Part shown: one piece after another, positions 36,001 through 49,458 of the stretch
Layout of the letters: the number at the start of each line of letters is the position of its first letter
Position numbering within the stretch: position 1 is the first letter of the stretch
Assembly: GCF_032062105.1 (NCBI RefSeq)
Contig: NW_026935111.1
Location: forward strand, 1 to 62,942
DNA: 62,942 bases
Source: Saccostrea cucullata
Taxonomy: Eukaryota
Direction of reading: 5' to 3'
Made by a program: the position numbers and the translations under genes
Notes under the pieces: model-generated
The model's database searches: none
The model's input: the letters and a program-made list of their open reading frames with translations, nothing else
Told to the model about the DNA's origin: nothing

Positions 36001-39000
36001 GTAATGTAATAAAATGTACACATCAAGAAACTCCCTAATTTCATTTAAGACTGTCCCACTCACCATCTTTATCAGTGCGTACTGTAGTACGAGCGAAGTT
36101 ACTGCTGAATCCGTAGTTGTTTACGGTTCGTACTCGGAACTCATAGCTCGTGTCTGGCTTCAATCTCGGGATATTGGCCTCAGTGTGAGTCGTGTTCAGC
36201 ATCCGTTCTCTGGAGAAATTAAAATTAACCAATTCTTACGTCTTTCATTTTTATCAAGGTTATATATTAAAATTGTTTGGTTGATACATGTATATTTTCT
36301 AGCATTATGATTGAATGCACCTAAAATGTACATTTATATTCTATTAGTTCTAAATTAATTTACCTCTTTGCAAATCTTTTGGACATAAAAATACTGTACG
36401 TGTACATAATTTGGTGTATTCAAAATTAAGCATAACCACTGGGTATGGATTTGTTGGCGTAATCATAAATTAGTGCTACACATGTCTGTTAAGTGTATTG
36501 TATATGTAAATGATTTCTTAGCGGTGTTCATGAATTAGCGCATTGTTGTCTGAGCCAAAGCCACAAAAATATGAAGCCCGCTTTTTAAAGTTTACATACA
36601 GTATTGAGAGATCATCCTGTTTCATCTGATAACATTTAATTATAATTATCTAAAGGTACAAATTATATCCTTTTTGTGGCTATTGCGATGAATCAAAGGA
36701 TTTTCAAGATTCCATACACATTATATTTTGAATGACATAGCAACTAAATCAATACATCGTGCATAACTTTATTTTTATCCCTGACCCTTTAACCCTTGAC
36801 CCTACCTTGTTGACCCCTGTTCTTTCCAGAAGACAGAGTATCCGGTCACCTGTCCATTACTGGGCTGAGTCCAGCGGAGCGTGATGAAGCGTTTAGATAT
36901 GATGGCCGCTGACAGATCGGATGGCTCCCTGGGTAGATTTGCTCCGTTACTGGAGTACGGACCAAAAAACTGATAGCTGTCTGTCGAGGAAATAGGGCCT
37001 GTAAATAGAAGGGAATGGTAAAGTTCATGTACAGATAATTCAAAGATGGTTAGCATAATACCCAGATTTACTTTACTTCTTAGTATTCAAAGTACTGTAG
37101 AAACCAAGATCTTTTTTTTTGTTTGTTTAAACAATAAGCTGGGTTATTTTTGTTGAGAAAAAAATTCTTGACCTACCAACCCTTCTTTTTTGGAAATGTT
37201 ACAGGATTAACAAACATATTAATATTTTTTTCAGCCTTATATGAGTTAGTCTTTCTATCTATAACTTACCATTTGGTAACACCACGAGCTGAGCTATAGC
37301 TTGTATACTCCCTAGCTCATTATTTCCATGACACTGATAGAAGCCAGCGTCAGACGGAACCAATCCCAGAATCCTGAGCTCGCTCCCGTCCTCAATGACG
37401 TAATCAGAGGTTACTATGGCGCTGCTGTCCTTCGTCCAATAGATTCCCGGGGTAGGAGCACCGTCCAGTTCACAGCGAAAAATGGCGTCCGTCTTCTCCT
37501 CAGCCAGCCGATCTACAGGCTTTACCAGAAATTTGGGTGGAACTGAAAAATAAAACAAGAAATAAAAATCTGAAAGAAAATGAAATGCAACACTTTGAAA
37601 AGCCTGCATCAACACTGCTATGTTTTCTGTGTGATTGATCTGTACCCACAATTTCAACAGAAAGGGAATTACAATTCTCTTTTCGGAACAAATAAAGTCC
37701 TTGCTGTGAAGATGTTTTTTAAGAAGCTATGGACATATTGTTACACATGCTAAATGCTAGAGATCAACTCATCAGCTTATAAAATGCTTCCATTTTGTTA
37801 AAATTCTAGAGATGAACTCAAGATGATAGACATTTCATGTAATGATCATAAAAATTTACTATAATCATTTGTAACCAACAGATTTTTCGTTGATGACTTG
37901 GAAATAAAAAATGTAGCAGAATATACTGCTGGATTATTTTACCTAGGACAGTCAGTGTGGCCTCCGAGTCTATGGAGTCCTCCATGTTACTGGGCCGACA
38001 AGAGTACGTCCCTGCATCTGATTTCTGGACGTTAAAAATCTGAAGACTGCCGGCTCCTGTCATCTGAAGTCTGCCTTGTGTCAGCCTGAAATATAGACCA
38101 TTCTACTTAATATCATACAGTTTATTACAATAAGCTCCTTATTAAGATATTACAGATATCATAGTAGTTTTAATCAAAGTGAAATAATTTTGGGTGCTTA
38201 TTTGTGTCCACTTTGAAAATATAAGATCTATTTCATTTATTTTTTGTGTGAAAAATCCTTATCTAAAATCACAATGACATGATCAGCATCATTAGTAGCT
38301 TAAGCTTAATTGCTTAAAAAGGTTTTAATAATTTCCTTTTATTAATAAACAGAAAGTAACAGATGGAAGCAGAACTAGCTAAGTATAAGAAAAAAATTTC
38401 TTTCCCAAGATTATGCTCTGCTTTATTAGCTATTTGAAATTAAAATGTTTAAATACAATTGAAAAGTATTTAGAAGATAATGTTACTTACTATAATTGAC
38501 GAAACTTTGTTAATTGCTGTTTTGAATAATATGAATAATATGCAATACTCAATTAAAATTTTAAAATAGAATAGCTAAATCTGCCAAAAAGATTTCTCAT
38601 ATCTGAAGGATACCTACAGAAAAACATGCTTATAGTTAACACTCTGATAATAAATTGATGCTTGAAGTGAAGAGAATTTTATTCCCACTGGATTTTAAAC
38701 ATATTTCAAATTTAATGGATATAATCAATGACATTTATAACAAAGCAAAATTGCCAATACTGACACTTCTTATCAAGCATGTTTTACTGTATCTGGATTC
38801 TACTGACTAAAGGTACAAAAGAACTAGATGTATTCGTGTATTTACGTGAAGTCTATGGTCAGTCCGTCCTTTAGCCACGTGATGACCGGCTGCTTCCCGA
38901 GATGGTCTCTCCCGTTAGCCCCACAGAACAGAACGGTGGATGACCCCTCCTGTATCTGAGTATCCAGGGGCGTGATGACAAACGACGGCGCCATGCCCTC

Positions 39001-42000
39001 CTTCAGAGATTCTACAAAACACAGACAATACACAACATGAATGTAGAAGACAATATAATATATGGCCCAGTGCCATTTTTGCCCTTTTACAAATTGCAAA
39101 AAACAATTTTACCCCATTTTAAGTTTGATCAGTCACAGTTCTGTGTAAGAAATTGTTTCTATGATCTTTGAATTTGCCCTGTTTTGAATTTTGTCACTTG
39201 TGACAATGGTGGAAGGGGCAAAAATAAAATGGGGACAAAAATGTCTCTGTATGAAATATCAACATAAAGACCATATATACATAAAAAAAAACAATAAAGT
39301 ATATTAAAGAATAACTTGTGAAGAAGACAACTGACAATTAATTAAGAAGACAATTAAGACAAAGAGTGAAAAACAATTAATTGTGAAAACAATAAAAACA
39401 CAATTAATGAAGAAATTTAGAGAAAAAAATCCACTTTCACTGTGGAATCTATATCACAGCTAGCCTCTATGACTTTACTATCATTAAATATATTGTTTAA
39501 GAATTGCTAGTCGTACCTATATGAAAAATTTAGCCTCCATTGTTTAATAATCGCTAGACGCATTTATATTGAGCCCCCATTGTTTAAGAATCACTAGACA
39601 TACCTATATTTCCGTTCTGTTCCAGTTTGGCCAGACGACTGCTTCGTCCCCTCTCTATGTTCTCCACCTGACAGTAGTACGTTCCGAAGTCCGCGAACTC
39701 CACAGGATTAATCTCCAACACCCCGTCCGGATAAATCCGGATGTTGGATTTGACGTCACGTAACACGCTGTTGTCTTTGTACCATGTGACATTTGGCGCG
39801 GGCAGTCCGTCGCCGCGACACTGAAACATGGCGACATCCTGGAGATAGATCGTCAGATCCTGAGGCTGGATTAGGAAGTTTCTTGAAAGATCTACAAATC
39901 AAAATAAATCAATATTAAATTAAATTTTATAATTCACAAAATCATGAGATCTATGCATTCTGCTGTATACCTAGGCTACTATAACTGATAAATTTGGAAT
40001 ACAGTTTTACTATATGAAAATTTGTAAAATTTTAATATGATAATCAGGATATTAACTTTATTTTCGTCCTGTGTTATTTTTGCCTTTTCACACTTTGTCA
40101 ACAATTTTGTCCCATTTTGAATTTGCCCAGTCACAATGCTGTTTAAGACTTTATACTGTGTTCTTTAAGTCTGCACTGTTTTAAATTTGCTCAACTGTGG
40201 GTAGGGTGAAAGAGGCGAAAATAAAATAGGGCAAAAATCTCCCTGTATGCAGCATCTTAAACTTGTGTTCCTTATGTGGATGTTTGAATAAAAAGTGTTG
40301 GCACTTTGCTGAAATAGTATAATCACATTATTATCCTCAATCTCATGTATATATTCTGTAAACATGGAAATTTTTGCCCTTTCGCCTTTGTCTCAAGTAG
40401 GCAAATTTAAAACAGTGCGAATCAAAAGAACAAAGTATAATTTCTTAAACAGCAACTATGACTTGGCGAATTTAAAACAGGCAAAATTGTTAGCAAGTGT
40501 AAAAGGGTGAAAATAACAAGGGGAAAAATAACCCTGTATATAGTACTTACAAGCTGTCCTAAGACTAGCGGTTCTGCTGACTATTGTCCCTAGGTTAGGT
40601 AGACTGGACATACACTGGTAGAGCCCCCTGTCTGAGTTCTGGACATCCGTGATATGTAGTGACCCATTGGACCAAACATTTCTGTAAGAAAACAAGTGTC
40701 TAATTATTAAAATCTAAGAAGCTGTGGTCAATGTCTTATGATGATAGTAAAAATACTCCAACAAGGCAACAACATATATTTGACTCCAGCGTAAAACCAT
40801 TTTAATAAAATATTCTCCTTGTCAAACCCTCTTGGCCAGTGAGTGAAGCCAAGTTATAACATGTAGGCATTGTAGGGTAGATTCAAATTTTTGGAATGGA
40901 TCAATTCAAAGTCTGATTCTATTACCTACAGATCAAAAAATTAATCGTCACAAACTTGTTTACCCCTTCCCCCATAAATTGTGAATTAAAGTCGTGAAAA
41001 ATGTTGGTTTACAGTTACTATAATTATAAACACCAAAGCAACTCCATAGCTGGGTTTTTAAAAGTTTGTTATGTCAATATGAATCTCTTTCAGAAATTGA
41101 TTTTTTTTTAAATCAATCATCTGGATATATGGTCATATATACCCCAGTTCAATCAGAGTCGTAATTACTAGCTAATATGAATTCCAACCAATGTCCCTGA
41201 AACTGTTTAAATCTTAAAATAGCTGGTCAGGTTAAATATTGATAAGTAACCTTTTCTTACAATAACTGGCCAGTTTATAAATCACGATAAATTGTACCTC
41301 ACAAAGCTTAACAATGCTCTCATCAAGGATAGTGTAGTCTTTAATGTGTACTACCCCCCCCCCCCCCCCCTTGTCTCATTTCCTGTATTTATGGTTACGA
41401 TTGTATATACTTCTCCAAATCACCATGCTTCATTCTATTTCCTAAATTGCAGTATCAAAATATTTTCTTACAAAGTGGAAGATGTACAAGTACATGAAAT
41501 ATTTTATAAAAATGTATTGACATCAGACGAGATTATAGCAGCAGATAAGACAAAATATATAATCTTGTTCCTCAATAATCTCCCCCCAGTAAACTAAGAT
41601 CTGACTTAATTCCCACAACAAAGGAATCCCTCAAATTAACCATGTAAAACATCTCCCCCTCCGTCTCAGATAAAAAACACACATACTCCATCATAATTTC
41701 ATATATCCGTGATATCTAAATGAAAATCTTTTCCTGATTAAATAATTATCCCCGGCTTCGGGGAGCTCGCTATGTCTACAAGATTGACTTTCATGTTTAC
41801 TATTAATACCTCAAAGTCTGATAGCGTGAGTCACTCATTCATCTCTCTACCTCTCTCTCCTTCATTTTCTTCTGGGTCTTTTGTATGTTTTGACATTTCT
41901 TCCTGACAAGCAGAAGGCTTAAGCTTCTTTTGACCCTGACAACACGCTCTTCCTCCCCAACATAACATTTGAAGACAAAAAAGGCCCTTTAATCTCGAGG

Positions 42001-44269
42001 CTGAACATCAAAACATCATCCATAGAACTTAACACAGACACATGGATCTACTGAGATAAGCTTCTGTCAAATAGAGGCGGCCATGTCAAATTTTTGTTTC
42101 TAATTGGGAAATATTTTCATGTCTCCCCCAACACAATTTTTCAGCCCCTCTATCACTGTGATTAAGATGTGTTGGTGTTATATTGATCTGCGACTGAAAG
42201 TTGGCATATGTTCCCACAGAAGTCCTAATCTTTCAGAAATTTGGAAAAAAAATCTATCTCTGAAGATGAATTACTTCAGTAAGTTCTATGCAGGATATGT
42301 GGTTGAAAGAAATGATCAAAATATTTACATCTATGTGATGTGGATCCAAAAAGTTGTATAAAGGTCACTCATGACTGTTGCAGCTGAACACCAATGGAAG
42401 TGAAGTTAACCTGATATAACCCCCTTCCCAGACAGAACCTTGATCTTTAATAAGTATAAAATTTACATCATTCAGCTCTTGATTAATTAATATCTCCTTA
42501 AGATTCTACAAAATAAAAAAAAAATTTAAAAGTATATACCCTCCCCCCTCCAGTCACTTTTTCAAGTTATTAGAATTCTTAACATCATGCTGTGATCAGA
42601 GAACACATCACTAATCATCTTTTTAGCTTAATGATGTTAATGTCTTATCAAGGTGATCAAAACGATTTAAATAAGCATCCCTTCTAGAAACATGATAAAT
42701 AAACCTAAGAGGTTTTCTTCTTTTTTTAACCAGGAATTACAGATAACTCTTTGGTGACCCCCAGATTCCTTTCTCTCTCTCTCTCTCTTTGTCTGTCTGT
42801 CTGTCTCAAGAATATATACACTCAGTGTTTTCAATAAGAGCCGGCAACCGGCAAAATTAACCGCCTGTACGAGAAATTTTGCCGGCTATGAAATTTCCGT
42901 CATTAAGATTTTGCCGGGGCTGATACGTGAAATCCATAGATTTTATCGCAACTATTTCCATGATTTAGAGTAGCTTCCCTTGAGTGCGCTCTTTTTTCAA
43001 GGAAGTTTGATTAGATCGATCGTGTCATGCAATGGCGGCGCGAACAACGAATATTTGAGCGAAGTCGTGGAGAAACGTGCTGCTGCTGCTGTAACACATG
43101 CGTTTGAGATCACATACATTAAGAGGCATAAAGAATGGTCCCTTCCAAAAAGAAATTTTTGTGTTTTATAATTTTGATTGAAAATTGATTTTGCGGCAGC
43201 CTTAATATCAAGTGAGGGGTTCCTCGGTGGAAAAAAACAGCAAATAAATATAATTTTAAGACCTTACGAAAAATGTTGAATTCTTACAGAATTTCCTCAA
43301 ACTGAAAATCTCAAGTGTTAAGCTAAGACGTAATAATTACGAATAAAAGTCTTATTATTTTGATCGTGACTCAGACGTACATGTAGAAATTCTTGCAGAA
43401 TTTCCTCAACACTGAAAATGTAAAATTTTATTCTCATTTATTCGTGTAAAGATATCTTGAAATACAGGAACAGTATCATTTTCACATTTGGGAAGGTTTT
43501 AATGTACTAGTATTTTGTATCAAATTCCAGTTTCTTAATTATTTTGTTCTGACAATCTGTACCAAATGAAAATGCCAAAGTAAATAAGTTTTAAAATAAA
43601 TTTATGAAACGTCTAAGATTGCAGAATATTTCAATTTTTGGAGGGTACTATACATCACCAAGTGTTAAAAAAATTACATTTTTAACTAAATATTTTTTTT
43701 TTTGAATTTTGAATAAAAGACCTGACTAATTTATGTGAAATGGACAAATATGTAGAATTTTCAGTATAATATTCTACCACAGACAATTGTCTGTACTAGA
43801 ATTTCATACTAAAGTTGTCTATATGTTTGTATAGACACTTAGTTTTCAGAAGAAAAAAAAACTCAGTCTGTCAAAAACTGCCAAACAAATCTGTGAAAAG
43901 GTAAAAAATGTTTTCTAATTGGCTTTTTAAGGTAAAATTTGCTAATTGATAGTGACAGGAATGTGAAAAAATGGTACTTTTTTAATAGCCTGAGAGGTAA
44001 GAAAATGAGTCAAAAATGCTGATTTTCTCTCGGCCTCTCTCTCCCCCATTTTCTACCAGGGCTCTGCCCTGTATGTGGGGGCCAGGCGGCCCCTTGACCC
44101 CTCGCCGAGACTGGTTTCCTGCTATTCCATCTATTTTTCCTTCTATTGAAAATCTTATTGAAAACACTGTACACTCACACAATACCAAACCTCGGATTAT
44201 AAATTCATAAATAAATGAAATTATAGTAAACACATAGAGAATAATACATGTCAAAATCTGTATCACACC

Positions 44270-44302
<33 letters not shown>

Positions 44303-47300
44303 CGACTGAAGCCAGAAGGCTGATACTGGTCAAGGGTTGATATGGGGTGTGATACAGATTTTGACATGTATTGTTGTTTTTTTAAATACAAGATTTTCTC
44401 AGGCTTATTAACAAATTTATCTCATACTACATAGACCTAACAATTTCCTGTTATTTATTTAATTTACGTACACATATTTAATATCATATGATTAACATGA
44501 TTCAGTTAATTATCCATATGAGCCTTATGAGTTAATTTTTCTTTTCTTCAACAGCCAAAGAAATTAGATATTAATAAATTCAACAAACAAGCATTGAAAT
44601 GAAGGACTTGTTTTCTTCACAAACCATAATTCCCTTTCACTTCTGCTACGAACTATTCAACTGTTACAGTGCAAGCCTCAAATCAAACTGGATCATGTTT
44701 TCGTAAAATTCAGTTTTAACCCTTGTACATATAAAATTAAGATTTAAAATTAATTCAAAATTAAGACAAGCAAGAACCAGAACATTCAACTTCAGATTTT
44801 GTCCCCCTCCCCCTACTCCAGCATGCTAGAGGTTTACGGCGAGATACTTTTGACTTGGCGCCGCGTAACCTCTAGCATCCATTGTAAAAATTCTCGCCGC
44901 TGAAACCCCAAGTGGAAAAAAATTATTTTATAAAGAAATAAGGCTTTGTATATTAACGAATGGTACGAAATAATAAAATACTCAATATTTACGATAAAAC
45001 TTATGCATTAAACACTGTTAACCTCTCGTATTAGCAATAAATTCATTATTTTTTAAATCGAAGCAGAAATTGAAACAAGTCGTCTGTTTACAATTCGGAT
45101 ATGGAATTCAGAAAAATCTGACGAAACGAAACCAGTGTAATGCAACGAAAATTTTGTTTTCTGACAAGCAATCCGTAAAATTAATGTGAAGTCAAATCGA
45201 AAGTACTTCTGGTGACAAATTGGAATAATGACAATTTTCATTAATTAACAATAATGCACTCTGAATAAAATGGATTTTATTATTTCTTGTGGCTTTCATA
45301 CCCCATGCAAACACGTAGGTACCTGAAAATTACTTGTTAACAGTTTATTTCACGCATAATACGTTCCGCCCAAAATCTCAGGCGGAACGGCTCGAAGAAA
45401 ATGGCCTTCGGATGTAAGAGTCCGAGGTATATAAGGAGCGAAGGGACATTAACCGAGGCTCTTACTTGTAGGAGTACCCCTCCCCCCACCCCCCCCCACA
45501 CACACACACCCACCCTCCCAAATATTTATGATATAAAATATTTACTTGTTTGCATCAAGGTCCAATGGTTGCCCGTCCTTGACCCACGTGACCTTGGGTG
45601 AGGTGGAACCTGATTGGGCGGAGCAGTGGAGCGTAGCGCCTTCACCCCTGGACACCACAAGGTCGCTCGGCTCTAATAGGAATGTGAATTCTGTGAAACT
45701 TGGTATTGCTGAAAATATACAAACGTAGATATTTATATGAAAATCTGGATTATTCAACAGTCCAATCCACACCTTTGCAATAAAAAGTTAAGTTCCTTTT
45801 TTGCAGGGTCAAGTAAAAGGTCAAAAGGGAAAGCAATGACATTTCTCCTCATCATGCTACTTAACATTTAGGTGTGCTCCAATAATCCACTGTGTTTAAA
45901 TTTTTTTCTTTCCATATATGGGTAGGGGCAATCATTATTAATTTATATATTTCCAGTCAGATGACAAAGTTATAATAAACCATTATACAGTAAAGTCTAC
46001 TGTGGGGATTCTATAGGTCTTTCCTCAAAGATGACGGCCTAGGGACATATTAACTTTTGAAAAGTGTGGATTCAACTAGGTCTACAAATGTAAGTTAGAG
46101 CACAGCTTACACATAGTAACAGATATCTGACAAAACATTATGGCGGTTTCAACAAAAAGTTTTTCAATGTATTAGCTGCATAGATTCCCTATTCTACAAG
46201 TGCATCATGGACTGCATTTCATGCAACTCTGATAGATCTCTCTTTTCCTTAAAAATAGGATCATTTTCTAATTTACATTTGAACTTTTGTAAAATTTTGC
46301 AAGATTTTGTTTTGGTTTTAATCAATATTGGTAATCATAAGAAATAAAAGAGTTCCAAACTGACAGACGTAAGTTCAATGAAAACAATGAAAGACAATCA
46401 GAAATCATTACTTGTATGTAAATGGAATGCATTTAAAAATGGTTCATCTGATTGAAATCTTAGGCTTATTGATGGAGTTCTCATCTCTTAAAGAGGACAG
46501 TCAACAGTGTCAGATATATACATGTAGGCATGTTTTTATATCCTCAGATACAGTCACTCAAATACTGTGAAGGCGCATATAAGTTATATAACCAACAACA
46601 GTAAATTTTATTAATATTTTAACTGTAACCAAGAAGATTGCTTTCAAAAGATGACATTTTCCAGTGAGTTAAAAATAAAGGTAATGAATGAAATTTAATA
46701 TTGAATGGCAAAAATTGTCATGATAAGCAGTGGCTACAATTTTAGGAATTTTGAATTTTATTTTTGTTAGGTTTCTGTCAACTTAGGTGAACTACCTGTT
46801 AAATGATAACGGACAACTTTTCATACAGTTTAATTTGTAGCAAGAAAGGAAAAAAATTCGACAAAGTTTTTTTTTTTTTTGAGAGAGAGAGAGATATTTA
46901 AATGACATAAGTATCTTTAACATTTGTTTAACAAATACTTTTACCTCAAATTTTACCAAACCACATCATTTTACCCTGCAAAAGAGCAGTACTGAAGTTA
47001 CTGTGAAACGGTCTATAGTAATTAGTATTACCGTATAATCCCTATTAACCACCCCTGCCCCTACAAGTGCCCCTCTAGGTCTTTTTTTAATTATCAGGAA
47101 ATAAGGGTCCCCTGTACAGTGATTAAAATCATCTAGAAAAACTATCAAAAGTCTGCCTGAGTGCCAAGATTTGAAGAAAGTGAAAATAATACTTTCTATA
47201 ATCCAATTTCTTGGTGGAAAATGAATCATTTAGCATAATATGGATGGATTATCTTCACTTAAAGTAAAGTTAGACATATTTTAGTGTTTCTTTGAATTTA

Positions 47301-47800
47301 TTTTTTTTTTTCAAAAGATTTTTTGAAATTAAACTTTGAAATTAAATTCTAGGAAGAGAATACCAAAATAACTGTCCCCTTTTCCATGTTTTCGCAATTT
47401 TCTTAGCACCCGGGACTGTTAATCAGTGATTATACGGTATAAGCAGAAGAACTGTAGCTCTCGGAAAAATTATATTGACGGACCGGAGAGCTACAGTGCT
47501 ACCCACTGAAAAAACTGTATACTTATTGAAGTTATTGTGCACATAAAAAGTGTGCTGCTTCTTTATTTATTTTTCTGCGTTTTCAAACTGTCATCTCAGA
47601 ATATAGATATAGTTTTCAACTGGCCTGAATTTAGCAGACGTTTCTTCCCGTTGACCACCATATTAGAGGTTGAAATAGCAAATATAAAAAATTCAAAATT
47701 GATTAAACAATGAAGGAATATGAGCATTTTATTTTTGAGTGCAAGATAATTCGGTCCAACATGCTTCTGGCAGATGTCAATCACGAGAGTACTTTGTAGA

Positions 47801-47831
<31 letters not shown>

Positions 47832-49230
47832 TTGTCCTACGGACCTGGTTTAACGATAGAATTCTTTCCGTGTATACTTAATGTAGCAAAAGAAACATAG
47901 GCGATAACACGTACTTAATATAACTTAGTGCATTTACTACGAACAATCTAGAGAGTTCCGAATGTAAACATGGCAGGTAAATTTGAAGGGAGAGAAAAAC
48001 GTTGAGAAAATTAAATGGATTTTCGTCTTTAGATGGATTATTTTCTGGAATAAAAGGCATAAGCAATCTTAAAAAGGTTTGTTTTGATTAATTTGATAGT
48101 TACCCTTTTATATTCTTCAAAATCGTTTCGGAGCGGATCCGCTCCGATTTGCTACACTGCAAGTATAAGGGACATATTCTAACTGTGGTGAGGGCTTGTA
48201 CCGAGACACAGTTAGCTCATTCTAACTATTTGTAGACGAGTAAGGAATTTTTTGAAACTAATCTTTCTTTTGATTCTGGTAAGAATTCGGAGGAATTAAT
48301 CCAGAAATAAGCGCAACTTTTTGTACACAATAAATATTCAGTTTTTAAAAAATGTGTGGCACTGTAGCTCTCCAGTCTGTGACAGTGAATTTAATTTTTT
48401 GGAGAGCTACAGTTGTGCAGCTACAGCCAGGTCCAGCACAATACCCCGATAAAGGTATATAGCTTGATAAAGTTATATAGCTTTATCAAGGTATTTAAAA
48501 TACCTTGATCAAGGTATTTTATGTAATGAAAATTCAAAAAAATTCTTTAAAAATTAATTACTGAAAGTCGAGTTCTGAGTTTTTGTCAGTAAATTCACCC
48601 ATGCATGTAAAGTACTCAAACACAAACAAATCAGTAGAAAAACGTGTCGTGTGAGGAGACGTTATTTTATGCTTTCTTTTTGATACCAGAGTGTTTTTCA
48701 TGCACGAGTAGACACACTGACAAAAACTCAGAATTCGACTTTCAGTAATTAATTTTTAAAGAATTTTTTTGAATTTTCATTACATACAGTACCTTGATCA
48801 AGGTATTTTAAATAGCTTGATAAAGCTATATAGCTTTATCAAGCTATATAACTTTATCAGGGTATTGTGCTGGACCTGACAGCCATGATAGTATTATCAT
48901 ATTTTATTCGATAAATTATTTAACAGTCATGTATCTCTAGTCATTAAACAAATCAATTAGGCTTAATAATGCTTGTATAAAATATAGCTCATTTGATTTT
49001 GATTCTTGTTGATTCAGTTTGATTGCACATGTAAACATTTACTCGTTTGTTTACACATTTTATATTGACATAAATATTGAATAAAGCTTAAGAAAAAAAA
49101 GACGATTTAAAATGATGCTAATTTCCAGACACCAATAATCTGTCTTACCCTGAATAAAATCACAAAATATCGCTGAAAAGGTCAACACACAAAAAACAAC
49201 CCGACACTTTCTTCTGTGGAACAACCCCAT
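21007..49230 (-). CDS. NEO1: Neogenin/DCC/frazzled netrin receptor (signal peptide, 4 Ig, 6 FN3, TM, cytoplasmic P1 and P3 motifs), ~1495 aa
   Basis: Phase-consistent exons, 5' to 3': 49230-49149, 45708-45546, 40681-40551, 39891-39604, 39011-38846, 38085-37943, 37542-37270, 36998-36806, 36209-36064, 35939-35754, 35430-35279, 34941-34683, 34132-33935, 33463-33368, 33016-32836, 32024-31879, 31437-31330, 30911-30714, 29280-29179, 28147-27976 (TM), 27191-26983 (P1 [10 protein letters not shown]), 26815-26672, 26587-26423, 25668-25609 and 24572-24483 (both less certain), 23775-23575, 21523-21387, 21105-21007 (P3 [16 protein letters not shown]). Invertebrate pro-orthologue of NEO1/DCC. Confidence 0.93.
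24388..24480 (+). repeat. (GACA)n-containing 31-bp tandem repeat, 3 copies
   Basis: tacagacagacagacagacagagggatacat repeated three times, ending next to a putative GC splice donor. Confidence 0.85.
25706..26145. mobile_element. PIF/Harbinger-type MITE
   Basis: ~33-bp TIR GGCCAAAAAAAATTAATAAAT.GTTTCTCAGG with 3-bp TSD taa. Confidence 0.8.
27400..27917 (+). mobile_element. Helentron-associated non-autonomous element (HINE/pearl type)
   Basis: AACAAG start, subterminal gtcccctaccgg, (GACA/GACG)n microsatellite, and 3' palindrome tagtcccctccggtttcaccggtaggggacta. Confidence 0.8.
28545..29230 (-). repeat. 62-bp minisatellite (~11 copies) that copies the 3' end and donor of exon 29280-29179
   Basis: Minus-strand unit gtaaatatagaacaggaaaatcccacctcacaatagtataccacagtcacccaaaccagaag. 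Confidence 0.9.
30956..31141. repeat. Perfect 93-bp tandem duplication (intronic)
   Basis: taacccttatcattaa...gccatgtgaaaat occurs at 30956 and again at 31049. Confidence 0.9.
31651..31823. mobile_element. Internally deleted copy of the Harbinger-type MITE at 25706
   Basis: Same TIRs and shared internal blocks (caatatgtcaataaaattga, gcggtgcctgagaaacta). Confidence 0.75.
31993..32345 (-). repeat. 51-bp minisatellite (~7 copies) that copies the acceptor and 5' end of exon 32024-31879
   Basis: Unit atactggtaccagaactttactgaccttaatggtttaccgttacatttcag, encoding [17 protein letters not shown] in the ORF track. Confidence 0.9.
33236..33382 (-). repeat. 35-bp minisatellite (4 copies) that copies the donor of exon 33463-33368
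   Basis: Unit gtaagataccacctaaaataccaccaaagaatcag. Confidence 0.9.
33678..33850. mobile_element. Tc1/mariner(pogo)-type MITE
   Basis: TIR CAGTAAAACTC/GAGTTTTACTG with TA at the right flank. Confidence 0.65.
39060..40545. mobile_element. Three degenerate copies of a short MITE family (~39060-39250, 40045-40252, 40350-40545)
   Basis: Shared motifs such as tttgaatttgccc, ggcgaaaataaaa.ggggcaaaa and ccctgtat recur in the introns around the Ig exons. Confidence 0.45.
42823..44169. mobile_element. Non-autonomous TIR element (hAT-like ends, 6-bp TSD)
   Basis: Perfect 17-bp TIR CAGTGTTTTCAATAAGA flanked by tacact on both sides. Confidence 0.85.
44243..44372. repeat. Long palindrome H8; probably the hairpin of another hairpin element whose far end is unresolved
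   Basis: aatacatgtcaaaatctgtatcacaccccatatcaaccc ... gggttgatatggggtgtgatacagattttgacatgtatt. Confidence 0.8.
47031..47437. mobile_element. pogo/Tc1-mariner-type MITE
   Basis: TA|CCGTATAATC ... GATTATACGG|TA. Confidence 0.7.
47451..48413. mobile_element. Non-autonomous TIR element with self-palindromic ~50-bp TIRs
   Basis: actgtagctctc...gagagctacagtgc at the left end and its inverted copy at 48359-48413. Confidence 0.65.
48428..48878. mobile_element. Foldback MITE with ~165-bp TIRs and a 5-bp TSD
   Basis: CAGGTCCAGCACAATACCC...GGGTATTGTGCTGGACCTG, flanked by acagc (48423-48427, 48879-48883). Confidence 0.9.
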
Positions 49231-49390
49231 GGTTTTTAGTTGTTGAATGATTTCCCCATTAAAATAAAATGTTTCTTTAAAAAATCACATTGTAGCAGAT
49301 TGTTATGGAAGAACTCTGATCAGTAGAAACAGGGGGAAATCACGATAGAGTTGTAATAAATCCGACATATTTTTCTGTTCTCTAACCCGT

Positions 49391-49458
49391 CGCCATTTTT
49401 TTCACAACACAAAAGCCGGGGTCAAGTTGCCCATATAAGGAATGACCCCAATTTGCAT
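49391..49458 (-). promoter_or_regulatory. Probable neogenin core promoter
   Basis: YY1-type AAAATGGCG (49391-49399), perfect CArG box CCATATAAGG (49431-49440) and octamer ATTTGCAT (49451-49458), lying 160-230 bp upstream of the signal-peptide ATG. Confidence 0.55.
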
